Source: Cyanidioschyzon merolae (lineage: Eukaryota). Taken from it: a stretch of DNA of 64,000 nucleotides. Position numbers and translations under genes: made by a program. This document shows, in pieces, positions 31,021 to 43,316 of this stretch. The first letter of the stretch is position 1. Every line of letters begins with the position of its first letter. The notes below the pieces were generated by a model. That model was given only the letters and a program-made list of their open reading frames with translations. It had not been told where the DNA came from and searched no databases. The stretch is taken from NCBI GenBank assembly GCA_000091205.1, contig AP006498.2, one strand, 5' to 3'.

Positions 31021-33220
31021 TGCATCGACAATGGATGCCTCTGCTGGAGTTTTTTGTGGTGTTTTGGATGCTCCATGCCCTCTGCAGCTTTTGTTTCGCC
31101 TGCACGAGACGGATGCATCGGACTAGAATATCCGGCGGATCCGCGATTCCGGACACCATGTCCTCCGCAGTACTGGATGTTGTTGGGTGGGTAACGCACG
31201 CTCCGCCGGATGACCCCCAATAACGGTGCATATCTGCGTACTCGGGGGCGAAACGATGGCGACCGCACTTTCGTCCGGACAACGACGTTGATCAACAACG
31301 GCATGGGGAGCGCTTTGTACCCGAAGACGGACATCACGATAAATGCTTCTCACTGGTTTGAGCATCGGCTTCGCTATGCTGATGCTGGATAGCGGATAGG
31401 ATTTGCAGCGGGCATCATGGGCTACGACGGAGCTGTTTTATCGAACGGGATGCGTCTCTCCATCGTGCGAAAGCGATGGACTCGTTTCCACAGACAAACG
31501 ATTGCAACAGCACCGAAGTCGCTCTCGGGAGTGCACTGCTCATGAACCGGGCTCGTGTGCAATCTTCGGTGCTGAGATTACACCGGCAATGCCGTGGCAG
31601 CCCCGGCGGGCACCAACACGGAAACAAAAGCGTGCAGTCTGGGGGGATCCTTCGTCTCAACTCCGTTGTGTCGAGGCTTACGGTACAACACGCGAGCTAT
31701 GCGAGCTGAGCAAAAGCGTCGAGGGCGCTTCTGCTGTGCTACCTACTACGCATTCGTCATCAAGGAACGTCGGTGCCTGTCTTGGCATCCGAGTGGCGCG
31801 ATGACCTGGAATTCGGGCTATACTGCGGCAATGACGCTTGGTATCCGTTCTAGACCAAACATGGCACGTTTCGCCGGGGTCAAAGCGTGCGCGATACCTC
31901 TTCCCCTGGCTCATGGCCTCTGCGAGGACGCTGGCTAGCTTCGGTGCCTGCCGCTTCCCAGCGCTGAACGGCGCACATGTAGGTTTTGTCCTATCAGGGA
32001 TAGATCGGGTTCAGGAATAGCGAAGAGCTTCGCGCTTAAGATCGATATTTGCACTTTTTGAGATTCAGCTCAGCCCCGACGGTTCCAGCCACCGCGACAT
32101 ACACCAACGACACGGTTTGGAGCACAAATGGAGCGTTATATGAACGTCTGGAAAAGACTACAAAGCGCGTATGGGATCCTCGCTCACGCATGCTGCAACC
32201 TGGCGACTCCGCCGGCACCCGTGCGACCAGCGGCAGTGAGTCCTTTATCTGGCTCTGCGGGCGACCAAGGCGATCCGATGAAGACGCCTACAGGGCAGCG
32301 TTCAACAAGCGAGCAGGTAGAAACCAACTGGGAAAACGCTGGTGAGTGATCCTTGTGGTCGCAGCACACAGCCTAGACGCTAGTTCAAACAGGTGATCAG
32401 CGGGAATGTTTATTGCTACAGCGCTAGCGCTGTGTAGCGCGACGATGGTTGCCAGCTTATGAGCGGCATGCGGTGAGCTAGTGTCCTTCATGGCTGGTGC
32501 AACGCTTGGTCTCGAGCGACGTTGCGGCCGAGCTGGCCTCTGCGACATACAGCGACCGACTTGGCATTAGTGGCATGCTCATCGCAGGGGTTTTCCAGTT
32601 GTGGAGTTCGGCTCGAAAGAAGACCGTAAACTCGCGGTCCTTCAGGAAAGTACAATGAAAGGCGACGCGTTGCCGTGATCGAAGATATGGATCCCTATGG
32701 TGCACATTTATGTCGTTTTGTTTGTGAAGAAGCTGCCCGACATCATTGTAAAAACTGGACTATATAGGTAGTACGGAAAATTGGACCACGATGGCGCCTA
32801 TGAGCACCAGATACGTCGCAACGAAACTTCGCACGTACAAGGTAAAAACGAGATTCGAAGAGACATGCTCGGTAGAGCAGGACATGTGGCGGCAACCGGT
32901 TATCAAAATGACCTTACAGAAGTGCCCGCCATTGCGTGGCTATTCAGGGGTAGTGACCACGGTCACCGAGCGCACTGCCTATAGAGACCGAAACGCGCCT
33001 TGCATGTCGATCAGAAGGCATGTTCCATGCGGAACTTTCGCTTCTTCTGAGAACAAGAAACACCCATCAGCCATCTGGCTTTTGCCCTATCTCGCTTATG
33101 GGATCATCCGGGACTGTGTAAGCGTTTTGCGTGTTCCCTGGAAGGCACAGCCGTCACTGCAGCCCCAAGAAGGCCGTAGCTGGACACAGTGCAGCAGTGA
33201 TCGGGTAAGTGCCGATGTAT

Positions 33221-33802
33221 TCAAGACCTCATCAGCCGCTCGATTCGATTTTCAGCTTCACCGAGCGCCCAGAACACAAATCCGAACACGAGCGCCGCTA
33301 CTACGAAAATAACAGTCGCAACCACAGTGAACGTACTGTACGCAGCTGCGGCTATGATGGATAGTGGCCACCAGACCAAACCCAGAAGCAGGGCCAGCGC
33401 TGAGCTGACAATGCGCCGGGCACGGTAAATCTTTCGCGAAGCGTTCCACTGCGAAAACCTGTCAGGTGGCTGGCCCAGCTCATACAGCGTACTCGGGTCT
33501 TCAGCGATGATGAAAACTGTCTCTGGACCAAAACCAAATACTGGGTCGAGGTAGCGTACGACGATCAGGGCTGGATCGAAGCGGTTACCCTGCGGCTGTT
33601 GCGGCACCTGCGCGTAGACGCCAGCGGCGCTGGCTGGTCGCACACGCGCGCCCCAAGCGGTCTTCCTAGAGCGCCAGCTGGCGCTCCTGCAGACACCGTG
33701 CGTACCTCGCACGGTACTGTTGCCAATGCCGCTGATGCTAGTCCTTGAAACGAAACCTCGCGATAGTCCGACGAACATGAACGCGTTCCCAGTGCCTTGC
33801 AC
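33221..33802 (-). CDS. Hypothetical small membrane protein
   Basis: 193-aa ORF with a ~45-residue hydrophobic C-terminal region ('LLLGLVWWPLSIIAAAAYSTFTVVATVIFVVAALVFGFVFW'). No family recognised. Confidence 0.25.
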   Translation of the reverse strand: MQGTGNAFMFVGLSRGFVSRTSISGIGNSTVRGTHGVCRSASWRSRKTAWGARVRPASAAGVYAQVPQQPQGNRFDPALIVVRYLDPVFGFGPETVFIIAEDPSTLYELGQPPDRFSQWNASRKIYRARRIVSSALALLLGLVWWPLSIIAAAAYSTFTVVATVIFVVAALVFGFVFWALGEAENRIERLMRS

Positions 33803-34302
33803 AACATGAGGGCAAAACGCTCAGATGCGCATGGAATTCTCGCCGGGACGTCCAGGCGAGCTCTGATCGCTGCGGCCTTCCAGATCAATCTGGTGGCGAT
33901 GCGAAGTCGCTGCAGCGCACGCGCACACTGCACCTTCTAGGCGGAAGGGTTGCGTCGGAGACGCGATGCGCCAGCGGGGAATCGCGCCGACGCTCTCCGC
34001 GGGATACCAAGGGCGCTCTGCCTCTGTGGTGGATCCGCATTGGCGATTTAGGCACCGTTGCGGATGCCTGTGGCAGGCTCTCGACGCACGATGGAATGTG
34101 ACGAATAACCAGTGCCTCCGAGCTGCAAAGGATGGGTACTGGAACTTGGACATAGGAGCGTGGAACGATGGCTGCTTCACCGTTCGCTGATATCAAGCGC
34201 GCAATCAGAAAGGCCCGGCCGCTGTGCGTGTGTGTCAACGTTCTTTCAAACAAGAATGACCGCGCCCTGTATTCGCGCAAAACGATCGCAGTTTGGTTAT
34301 AG

Positions 34303-37300
34303 TTGGTACATCTAACCAGAAGAGCATGGATACGTGAGTACTGCAGTTTACTAGCGTATGGCCGTTGGTGGACAATCTCGGATTACAGTGCTGTCGGTGC
34401 ACTGCTCCTGCGATCAGGACCGCCAATGGAGAAACTTGTATTCGCCGATGAAGATGGCAGGTGTCGTTGCTGCAGAAGCGACGCTTGCTATTCGCAAGGC
34501 GATCGCATGCATACGTCGGTGCATGCATGCGAGCGCTGCATGACACGCATTGATCGTTGCACGCACATACGTGTCCTGTTCATGGCGGGAATTCGGAGTG
34601 TCAATTCTAGGTCGTATTCTTCGTTCGTGTTGTGCACTTGTGTTGCTAGAGTACCGACTGCAATCCGTACAATGAGTGACAGGGAAGCGCGCGCTCAGCA
34701 GAATGTCGATGAGACGCCAACGCCTGCGGTATTGCAGTCGACTGCGCAGTTGGCGCTGCAAACGCCTTGCCCCTCCTCGCGTACCGCTTGTGCTCAAGTT
34801 CTCGATTCTCCAAGCAAAAGTGCGGGGTGGACATCGCGAATGCAGAAGCGGATGCGGCGCTTGATCCAATCGGTGGCGGCAGGGCGCAAGCGCCTCTTCG
34901 CGTTCGACACGGATGCAGGAGTCGATGGCGACAGCGCGTCCCATCAAGTAAGAGAGCGCGTTTCACTGTCGCTGAACGTTGTGGAGTCGTCCGCGAACCG
35001 ATCGGATCTGCTGGATACAACTGCTGTTTCAACGATACGAACGAATACGGATGTATCCCCGGTTGGAGACAGGTCGGCTGGCTTGGATATTCCGGACCAG
35101 AACCGAGATCAGTCACTGATGTGTGTGTCTCCGTGGTGCTCTATCGAGGATGCTCGTCAAAATGCAAGCCTCCGACAATGCCAATTCCAGGCTCGAGGTG
35201 CACTCGTACAGACAAGCATGCAGCCGGGCTCCCGCGGTACCGAGACGACTCGCGTGAGCTGCTCTCCGGCACGCGTACCAAGGAGCATGCCGGTCGCCGA
35301 CAACGATCCAAATGCGCCTGCCATGGAAAGAGCCCTCACATCGTCGCCGGTAGGTCAGTGCCAAGTCTCGACACCAGTGACGATACCGCGGATACCCCGC
35401 GACTCCGAAGAGACCGATGCGGCACCGGGATCCGCACATCCGCTACGTCCACGGAACGCTTCAATCGCTGACATTCATTCGTCACCAGAGCCGTTGCAGC
35501 ATTCAGTCACGATCCGAGCTCGATCCCCAGCCATTTTCGGAGACATAGGCATTCGCGATCCTCGCACCGGGCACGACGGAGGAATCATCCAGTACGGTGA
35601 TGAACATGTGGAGCGCGTTCCAGCCGCTGCAGCGAGCCCTGCGCAGGATCTCGTTCGCCTCACGCCAGCATCAGGCGCGCTGGGAGCCGTCGAAAGCGTT
35701 CCATACGCGTTCCATGAAAACAGCTTGCAGCCTGCTCGCAAGCCCTCGCCCGACCAGCACTGCCGGGATGTTGCAACAGCTGCGGATCGGTTTCCACTCG
35801 GTATCGCGAATGAAACACCGGAGACGGAACAAACGTTATCGTTACCAAAACCTGGGGCGCTTTCCGGCCCAAGCGGCGAAATTCCATTGAACCCTGCGCC
35901 CGTGCCTACTCCGTTGCTTCTGGGAGCGTTCATGCGTGCGCAAGTTCGAAATGATCCCTTCGCGAAAGACGCGACACAGCAGGGCGGTCCCTCACAAGCA
36001 CCGAAAGATGTCCAGCGTTCCGTGCATTCGACGAGCTTCCGTCAACGCTCAATCAGTCCCGAAATGCAATATGGCGCAGCGAGTACGCTCCGCTCGAAAG
36101 TAGCGGGTGCGCTGGCGCAATCGCTCTGGCAAGCGACCCTTCGAAAGCCGTCACTGGTCGCTGTGTTCTTGCATCCAAACGTAACACCGCATGCGCTCAT
36201 CGCTCACCTCTGTTTCCGCCATGTCGCAGAGCATCGGTCGCGAGTGCTCATCCTGCTGGACGACAATCCCGCAACCAATCTGAATATCAGTTTCGTGACC
36301 AGGTATGCTGTAGAGCTTCTCGCATACTTGCGTGCTGCGCTCGGCGACCGGATGGCGGCAGCATCGGCGCTTGGATTCAGTCCGAACGCTATTGTGAACG
36401 TTGCGCTGGTGACCTCTCAGCCAATGCTTTCGCCGTCATACCGCAGAGTGCATTTTGGTCTGATCATCGTCTTGGTCGGGGGTAGCGTCGAGCAACCGTA
36501 TGCAGGTAACCCTATGGATGATCGCATCGAGCCTGCCCTTCAGGCAACCTGGCTCAAGCAGTGGCTGGCACCGGTGCCGCTCACATCGACAGTGCTCTTG
36601 CTGCCGCTCTTGCCAGACTCTGGACAAGCGATACAAATACCTGAAACAAGCAGTGGCCATCCACGTCGTCAGCGGAGTGCCTACCGTCAGTTACTCAGCG
36701 TCGTGGACGCTCCATCGATAGGACAGTCCGTCAACGGTGCCGATGTAGCTGTCACGTCCACATCCAATCCTAATGCAGGAGTGGCGCGTGTCGAAGCCCA
36801 GCTTCTCGTCACCAATCCCGAAAACGCTCTCGTACAGGAAGAATCTCTTCGCCAACGGCAATGTGCACTGGCTGCCGCCTATCGGATCACGCCAGCGGAC
36901 GCCATTTTCACGCTCGTCTGTTGCGGTGAGCGTCTGCTACGTCTGCTGCTAAACGAGACGGCAGTGGAAGTTCAGCGAGATGTACCCGCGACGGATGCGG
37001 TAACTGCCCTTCCGTGTGGCTGCCAATTTCTACAGCACACCGCCGCAGACTACAGCCACATGATACGCGAGGTAGAGGATATAATTCGTCGATCGCTACG
37101 GCACCAGACAAGTAGTCGCCGTGCTCGAAAACGTTCAGGGCGAGCACTGCGGAGCGAGGCTCATCGGCTGATCGCGTTACACACGCTCCGCCAAGCCGTA
37201 TCGATGGCTTGCTTCGAAGGCGCGGATGTTGCTCTAGCATTTTTGAACCAAGCTCACCGTGAGTATAGTCGTTTCTACGGCGACAGCGCAGCGTCTGTGC

Positions 37301-38001
37301 AAATCATCGAAAATGCGACGCTGCAGTTCTTCGATCGCGTCAGAGATACACCTGCTCCGCAGCCGCATCCACTGGTGACCATCATTCGCACAGCGCTGTC
37401 GGACATTGTGCGATCCGATACCGGAACCGAATCCGCAGCAAAGCGCAAGATTCTCATCGTCACTGAAACAAAAGCAAGTGCGGCGTTACTCAAAGCTTGG
37501 ATAGCGTCTTCAGCCCGCCCAGTTACTGGGCAAGAACGCGATACGTGTCACAGATTAGACGCTCGGCTGGCTGGAGATCGGCAATTGGTGATTCGCCACG
37601 TCGAGGAGTTCCAGCAGAATGACCAACTGCCCTCTGAAACAGTGGGTTCGCTTTGCACCTTCGAGCCCTTCGACAAAATACTGTTGATCGCACCCAGCGT
37701 TCGTATGGCTGACCTATGCGGCCGCGCCCGGCTCTGGAGCGACCTGGGATGTGGAAGCTGCTTTCAAGTTACGCTCTATACGGTACTACAAGAGGAGTTG
37801 ACTCCTCTATCCCGCTGTAGTCTGACTGTGGATTACGATTCCGAATATGCGGAAATCTGGAGCATGATGAAGCAGCGTCAGCTTCATGCGTATCACGATG
37901 AACAACAACAGCCGGACTTTGAAGCCAGCGTCAGTACATGGATAGCACCACTGAGCTGTATCGAACGTTCCAAAGTGCGTCCATCCGAGGAGACCAGATG
38001 A
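34303..38001 (+). CDS. Large hypothetical protein (1232 aa), Ser/Ala/Pro-rich N-terminal half, no recognisable domain
   Basis: A 3.7-kb uninterrupted ORF is very unlikely by chance even at this GC. The C-terminal half is more ordered (hydrophobic/helical periodicity). Confidence 0.45.
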   Translation: MVHLTRRAWIREYCSLLAYGRWWTISDYSAVGALLLRSGPPMEKLVFADEDGRCRCCRSDACYSQGDRMHTSVHACERCMTRIDRCTHIRVLFMAGIRSVNSRSYSSFVLCTCVARVPTAIRTMSDREARAQQNVDETPTPAVLQSTAQLALQTPCPSSRTACAQVLDSPSKSAGWTSRMQKRMRRLIQSVAAGRKRLFAFDTDAGVDGDSASHQVRERVSLSLNVVESSANRSDLLDTTAVSTIRTNTDVSPVGDRSAGLDIPDQNRDQSLMCVSPWCSIEDARQNASLRQCQFQARGALVQTSMQPGSRGTETTRVSCSPARVPRSMPVADNDPNAPAMERALTSSPVGQCQVSTPVTIPRIPRDSEETDAAPGSAHPLRPRNASIADIHSSPEPLQHSVTIRARSPAIFGDIGIRDPRTGHDGGIIQYGDEHVERVPAAAASPAQDLVRLTPASGALGAVESVPYAFHENSLQPARKPSPDQHCRDVATAADRFPLGIANETPETEQTLSLPKPGALSGPSGEIPLNPAPVPTPLLLGAFMRAQVRNDPFAKDATQQGGPSQAPKDVQRSVHSTSFRQRSISPEMQYGAASTLRSKVAGALAQSLWQATLRKPSLVAVFLHPNVTPHALIAHLCFRHVAEHRSRVLILLDDNPATNLNISFVTRYAVELLAYLRAALGDRMAAASALGFSPNAIVNVALVTSQPMLSPSYRRVHFGLIIVLVGGSVEQPYAGNPMDDRIEPALQATWLKQWLAPVPLTSTVLLLPLLPDSGQAIQIPETSSGHPRRQRSAYRQLLSVVDAPSIGQSVNGADVAVTSTSNPNAGVARVEAQLLVTNPENALVQEESLRQRQCALAAAYRITPADAIFTLVCCGERLLRLLLNETAVEVQRDVPATDAVTALPCGCQFLQHTAADYSHMIREVEDIIRRSLRHQTSSRRARKRSGRALRSEAHRLIALHTLRQAVSMACFEGADVALAFLNQAHREYSRFYGDSAASVQIIENATLQFFDRVRDTPAPQPHPLVTIIRTALSDIVRSDTGTESAAKRKILIVTETKASAALLKAWIASSARPVTGQERDTCHRLDARLAGDRQLVIRHVEEFQQNDQLPSETVGSLCTFEPFDKILLIAPSVRMADLCGRARLWSDLGCGSCFQVTLYTVLQEELTPLSRCSLTVDYDSEYAEIWSMMKQRQLHAYHDEQQQPDFEASVSTWIAPLSCIERSKVRPSEETR

Positions 38002-38956
38002 CAGGCACCGGCAGTGAAACAGTTCACAGCATATGTTCTGTCAAACAGAAACCGATTATTGATGTGCGGGCTTCATATCAATTTTCATCAGTTTCCGTTG
38101 TAGTGACGGAGTGGAGGTTGCGGAACTGGTTCAGGGACGTAGGCAGGTACCCAAGCGCTGTGTTGCGACGCTAGCGCGCGCATCGCTGGATAGACTGGAA
38201 GAGAACGCTCGTCGACTTCATCCCCTGCATATAATTTGCAGTGAGCGTGCTCATGACGTGCGTTTCGATGTCGCTTGTGATACGGTACACCTATAGGGAA
38301 GAGCGCGCTGTAGAATTGAAGCTTTTCGCAAGTGCACTCGGGCGATGCGTAGACCTTGTCTTCTTCTAGTCATTCACGTATCCAAGATAGTCGTCGCAGG
38401 ACAAATGTGCAACGTTCAATGCCTGCAGTTTTCAATCTAGGCGCTCGAATTCGAGCACTTCATCTCAGACGGAAGCGCAGCTCGCAAACGCAACGGGAAA
38501 CAGTTCATGCACTTCCACATGCTGAACGCCTAGGTGTCTCCACCGTATCATATCTGTAACCTAGGAATTTAACGGTCTGCAGATCCGTTTGATCAATAGT
38601 CACATTCCAGCAGGCGATAAAGTACAGCTTCCAGGCGAACTTCTTGATGAGGAGTGACCCGAACTCTGCACTTGTGAGGGCGAAGCGTTTAGCGCCTTAT
38701 ATCCGGGATCGCCGGAGCTCGAACAATTCGGGCCTGAGGCTGCAAAACTTGGCCAACCTTGGGAAGTCACCGGGAGGCTGTACGCTGAGGGCAGAACCAT
38801 TCTCTGTTATTTATCCGTCATCATGGATGACCAAAGCTATTCTGGGCGTTTTCAGAAAAGCGCTGCAGGTTCGTATGCAAACCTAGACCCAGGTCATACT
38901 CGCGTAAGACTGAACCGGAGCAGATTCACTTTGGTAACTCGGACGCACACGCTGGA

Positions 38957-40290
38957 GCTTTGGTCACTTCCCACTGTGACCAACGCCAGGTTTTTCGAAC
39001 CTTCTCTGAGACTGCTTCGTTTTCCCCCCGCCTGAGTCCGGATAGAAAAACGCGGGCGTCTCCTTTCCCTGTACAACCGTTGTTAGCAGTCGAAAGATAT
39101 TCACGGCAGCTTCCGGGTCCCGGCTTCGATGCTTCCAGCTGCTATCCATGCAATGGTTGCACCGACGGTAGTTGCGTTGAACGCCTCGCTTGCCGTCTCC
39201 ACCTTGTTTCTATGCAACTTCGGTGTACCCTCGGCAACGGTGCCACTTGACTGTGAGCAGGTGTTCTCGAGTGTCCGCCACCACACCCATTCAGAGCGCC
39301 TCGCCATGCCACGTGAGCAACGCTCGCTTCACCGCTCGCTGTACGCTCTGGACGAGTACAGAAGGCTCCCGTGGGTGCCTCTTCCGTGTCTGCAGCCCAG
39401 TGCAGTGGCCCGTGACCATGGGCTCGTTCGAGGTAGTGCCCTCGCCGAGTACTCGCTCTGGTGCACATGCCGGCGCACGCCGTTCTGCTGGACACTAGAA
39501 CTTTGGATCGCGGAGTTCCCGATGACGGAGCAAGGACCGCATGGAAAAGCCAGGCTGGTGAGGAGGCCGTCCAGTCTCGATGCGTCTACGCTCCCTTCGC
39601 GCTACGCGGTGACGCATCGTGTAATGGAAGCGACCGCTGCGGTGATTCGAGGTCTAGTCCATGACCCTTTTGAATGCAGAGAGAAGAGCGGGGAGCCTCT
39701 CGGTGCATGTGCTGTGAACGTTATCAGACTGTTGCCAGGGTCCATATTGTCGACGACCACAAAGGCGGGCGGCTTTGTCATTCGAAAGGCATCGATTATT
39801 TGTCGTGACAAGTGCAGTGAAGCGTAGGCATGAGCTTGTGAACAGGTCGCCAAGCGACGATATCGAGTGTATTTCCCCGTCAGCCCAGCGGTGCGAATTG
39901 TTGCACCCACGAGTTGCCTCGGAACAGAGCGATCGCCATCTCGAAGAATGGATGATTAGAGCATGTCAGGCGTACACCGGGCGGAGCCGCTGGAAGCTTG
40001 TTGGCGTGATTGGATGCAGCAATTGGTTATTGTATGAATCCTCTTTCGAGGGCGTGGCATGTTGTCTTGGTTCCAATGAAGTACGGAATTCCGGCTTCGG
40101 TGCGTCGGAGCATAGGAGCATCGAAGGAAAGAGTCGTTCTGGAAACACGACTGAGCATCCCAGCACTACGTATGCATCCATAAACCCGTATTGCTGCATT
40201 TCGTATCCCAATGCTGTGCTTCTCAAAAAAAAAAGTCCAGAAAGATCGCTTACGAGAAACGGAGCGGGCCGTTCAGCGTGCCATTTTAAT
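38957..40290. repeat. Left arm (~1.33 kb) of a near-identical inverted repeat flanking the O-methyltransferase gene
   Basis: ORFs 39129-39827 (+) and 39775-40341 (+) reappear reverse-complemented at 42452-42904 (-) and 41992-42504 (-) with ~98-99% amino-acid identity. Junctions map to 'ggtcacttcccactgtgacc' (outer) and 'gccattttaat' (inner). Confidence 0.85.
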
Positions 40291-40575
40291 TGGACTTGCC
40301 TACATAGCACTGCACGGGCTAGGCATCGTTTCGCTCGTTGACCACCGTGGCCGCATATTCGTCACCATACATTCCACTCATACGTTCGCAAAGTGTGAAA
40401 CACACTCTATCAAGGGTCTGCTAACCCAAACAAGAAGCGTGTCGCAACGCAGCAGAGCAAATGCCGCCCATCGTTCCAGCCTCCTCCCATTCTGAGCAGT
40501 GGCGCGTGCCAGGAGATAACGTAGGCTCTGGAATCAAACGGGAACCTGCGCTGCCGTGGAATCTCGGGATACTGG

Positions 40576-41607
40576 GTGCTTGCTCAAGGCCAAAGGTCTT
40601 CAAGAGAGCCCCAGATGGTTTTTCTCGAAAAGCTCGACGACTTGCTCAAAGGATATGCGCCTGCTCGTGTTGTTATGACTGGATTCGAGCTCGGTGTCTT
40701 TACGATGATCGCTGAAGGAAAGACTACTGCGGAGGAGGTAGCCCGTGCTGCAGCGTCTTCGACCCGCGGGATGCGCATGCTTCTGGACGCTTTGACTAGT
40801 CTGGAGCTCCTGCAAAAACACAATGATCGCTACCAGCTGGTGCCGGGATCCGAGGCAGCGCTTGTGAAAAGCAGTCCTCAGTACATCGGTTCTATGTGGG
40901 AGACGAACCACCTGTGGAGCGCGTGGAGCGCGCTCACCCAAGTTGTGCGTACAGGCAAGCCCTACACTCGCCTCGAAACCGAGAGCGACGCAGCGCGCTT
41001 TTTCCCTATGCTGATCCGCAGTCTACACGTTTACAACTTGGAGCCAGCCCGTAAACTCGCCGGGCTTCTGTTACCATCACAGATACCACCAGACAGTCGT
41101 GTTCTCGATGTTGCCTGTGGAAGTGCCGTCTGGAGTATCCCTTTCGCGGAAGCGTCTTCAGAGGTACGACTTGATCTCCTTGATTTCGGGGATGCGCTTG
41201 CTGTGGCACGGAGCTATGTTGAACGGCATAAGGTGGATGCCCAGGTTTCGTACATCCAAGGGGACTTGAAACATACAGACTTGGAGAATGATCGATATCA
41301 TCTTATTATTCTCGGGAATATCGTTCATTCGGAAGGGGCAGCCTCATCTCGGGATCTCATTCAACGTTGTGCACGGGCGCTACGCTCAGGCGGCAAGCTC
41401 GCCATTATTGACCTGTTTCCGAATGAGGAGCGCACTGGACCGCCACGGGCAGTTCTCTTCGCCCTTAATATGCTTATTAACACTAGCGAAGGTGACGTTT
41501 TCAGTGTATCCGAGTATAACCAATGGTTCGAGGATGCAGGTTTGAGTGAAGGCACTCTAGTGCAACTGGGATCCACAACTACAGCGCTGCTGGCGGCTAA
41601 ACCCTGA
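40576..41607 (+). CDS. Class I SAM-dependent O-methyltransferase (Methyltransf_2 type with N-terminal dimerisation/winged-helix domain), bacterial secondary-metabolism-like
   Basis: N-terminal dimerisation-like region ('VVMTGFELGVFTMIAEGKTTAEEVA...MRMLLDALTSLELL'). SAM motif I 'RVLDVACGSAVWS'. Motif II 'HLIILGNIVHSEG'. Post-II 'LRSGGKLAIIDLF'. Confidence 0.75.
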   Translation: MLAQGQRSSREPQMVFLEKLDDLLKGYAPARVVMTGFELGVFTMIAEGKTTAEEVARAAASSTRGMRMLLDALTSLELLQKHNDRYQLVPGSEAALVKSSPQYIGSMWETNHLWSAWSALTQVVRTGKPYTRLETESDAARFFPMLIRSLHVYNLEPARKLAGLLLPSQIPPDSRVLDVACGSAVWSIPFAEASSEVRLDLLDFGDALAVARSYVERHKVDAQVSYIQGDLKHTDLENDRYHLIILGNIVHSEGAASSRDLIQRCARALRSGGKLAIIDLFPNEERTGPPRAVLFALNMLINTSEGDVFSVSEYNQWFEDAGLSEGTLVQLGSTTTALLAAKP

Positions 41608-41990
41608 GCAAGCGCAGCACCCGACGAGCACTGCTGGTTACTGCTGGGCAAGCAGTTACCAGATTCTCGGTGACATGATGTCGATCCAGCTGCAATACCG
41701 TCCTGAATAGGAACGCCGCAAAGTCATACGCAGATTAGAATAGTTTTAAAGAGGGATATCATTTCGGAGCCACTGACACATGGTTCGCAGACCAATCGGT
41801 TGGTGCACAGCGTTCGGGCAGCAGGTCGCCAGTGGTATGCAACAGAACTTGAGTGAACATAGAAGGCGGCAATAAACGGAAACGAGTATTCGTGTCATCG
41901 CTCGCTTTGGTAGCAAGATCATCCCCTGTACAATGCATCCGGGAGAAGTCAGTCTCTCGAGTGCAGATATAGGCACTGCTCGCATACCAG

Positions 41991-43316
41991 ATTAAAATGG
42001 CACGCTGAACGGCCCGCTCCGTTTCTCGTAAGCGATCTTTCTGGACTTTTTTTTGAGAAGCACAGCATTGGGATACGAAATGCAGCAATACGGGTTTATG
42101 GATGCATACGTAGTGCTGGGATGCTCAGTCGTGTTTCCAGAACGACTCTTTCCTTCGATGCTCCTATGCTCCGACGCACCGAAGCCGGAATTCCGTACAT
42201 CATCGGAACCAAGACAACATGCCACGCCCTCGAAAGAGGATTCATACAATAACCAATCGCTGCATCCAATCACGCCAACAAGCTTCCAGCGGCTCCGCCC
42301 GGTGTACGCCTGACATGCTCTAATCATGCATTCTTCGAGATGGCGATCGCTCTGTTCCGAGGCAACTCGTGGGTGCAACAATTCGCACCGCTGGGCTGAC
42401 GGGGAAATACACTCGATATCGTCGCTTGGCGACCTGTTCACAAGCTCATGCCTACGCTTCACTGCACTTGTCACGACAAATAATCGATGCCTTTCGAATG
42501 ACAAAGCCGCCCGCCTTTGTGGTCGTCGACAATATGGAACCTGGCAACAGTCTGATAACGTTCACAGCACATGCACCGAGAGGCTCCCCGCTCTTCTCCC
42601 TGCATTCAAAAGGGTCATGGACTAGACCTCGAATCACCGCAGCGGTCGCTTCCATTACACGATGCGTCACCGCGTAGCGCGAAGGGAGCGTAGACGCATC
42701 GAGACTGGACGGCCTCCTCACCAGCCTGGCTTTTCCATGCGGTCCTTGCTCCGTCATCGGGAACTCCGCGATCCAAAGTTCTAGTGTCCAGCAGAACGGC
42801 GTGCGCCGGCATGTGCACCAGAGCGAGTACTCGGCGAGGGCACTACCTCGAACGAGCCCGTGGTCACGGGCCACTGCACTGGGCTGCAGACCCGGAAGAG
42901 GCACCCACGGGAGCCTTCTCTACTCGTCCAGAGCGTACAGCGAGCGGTGAAGCGAGCGTTGCTCACGTGGCATAGCGAGGCGCTCTGAATAGGTGTGGTG
43001 GCGGACACTCGAGAACACCTGCTCACAGTCAAGTGGCACCGTTGCCGAGGGTACACCGAAGTTGCATAGAAACAAGGTGGAGACGGCAAGCGAGGCGTTC
43101 AACGCAACTACCGTCGGTGCAGCCATTGCATGGATAGCAGCTGGAAGCATCGAAGCCGGGACCCGGAAGCTGCCGTGAATATCTTTCGACTGCTGACAAC
43201 GGTTGTACAGGGAAAGGAGACGCCCGCGTTTTTCTATCCGGACTCAGGCGGGGGAAAACGAAGCAGTCTCAGAGAAGGTTCGAAAAACCTGACGTTGGTC
43301 ACAGTGGGAAGTGACC
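41991..43316. repeat. Right arm (~1.33 kb) of the inverted repeat flanking the O-methyltransferase gene
   Basis: Reverse complement of 38957-40290. Identical ORF pairs (e.g. 39461-39664 equals 42615-42818 at 67/67 aa). Confidence 0.85.

Noticed and set aside
39129-40341. Inverted-repeat arm ORFs (232 aa and 188 aa) as transposase candidates
   Set aside because: No DDE/DDD, RNase-H-like, HUH or zinc-finger signatures recognised. They may be a duplicated host gene or pseudogene. They are reported only as repeat content.
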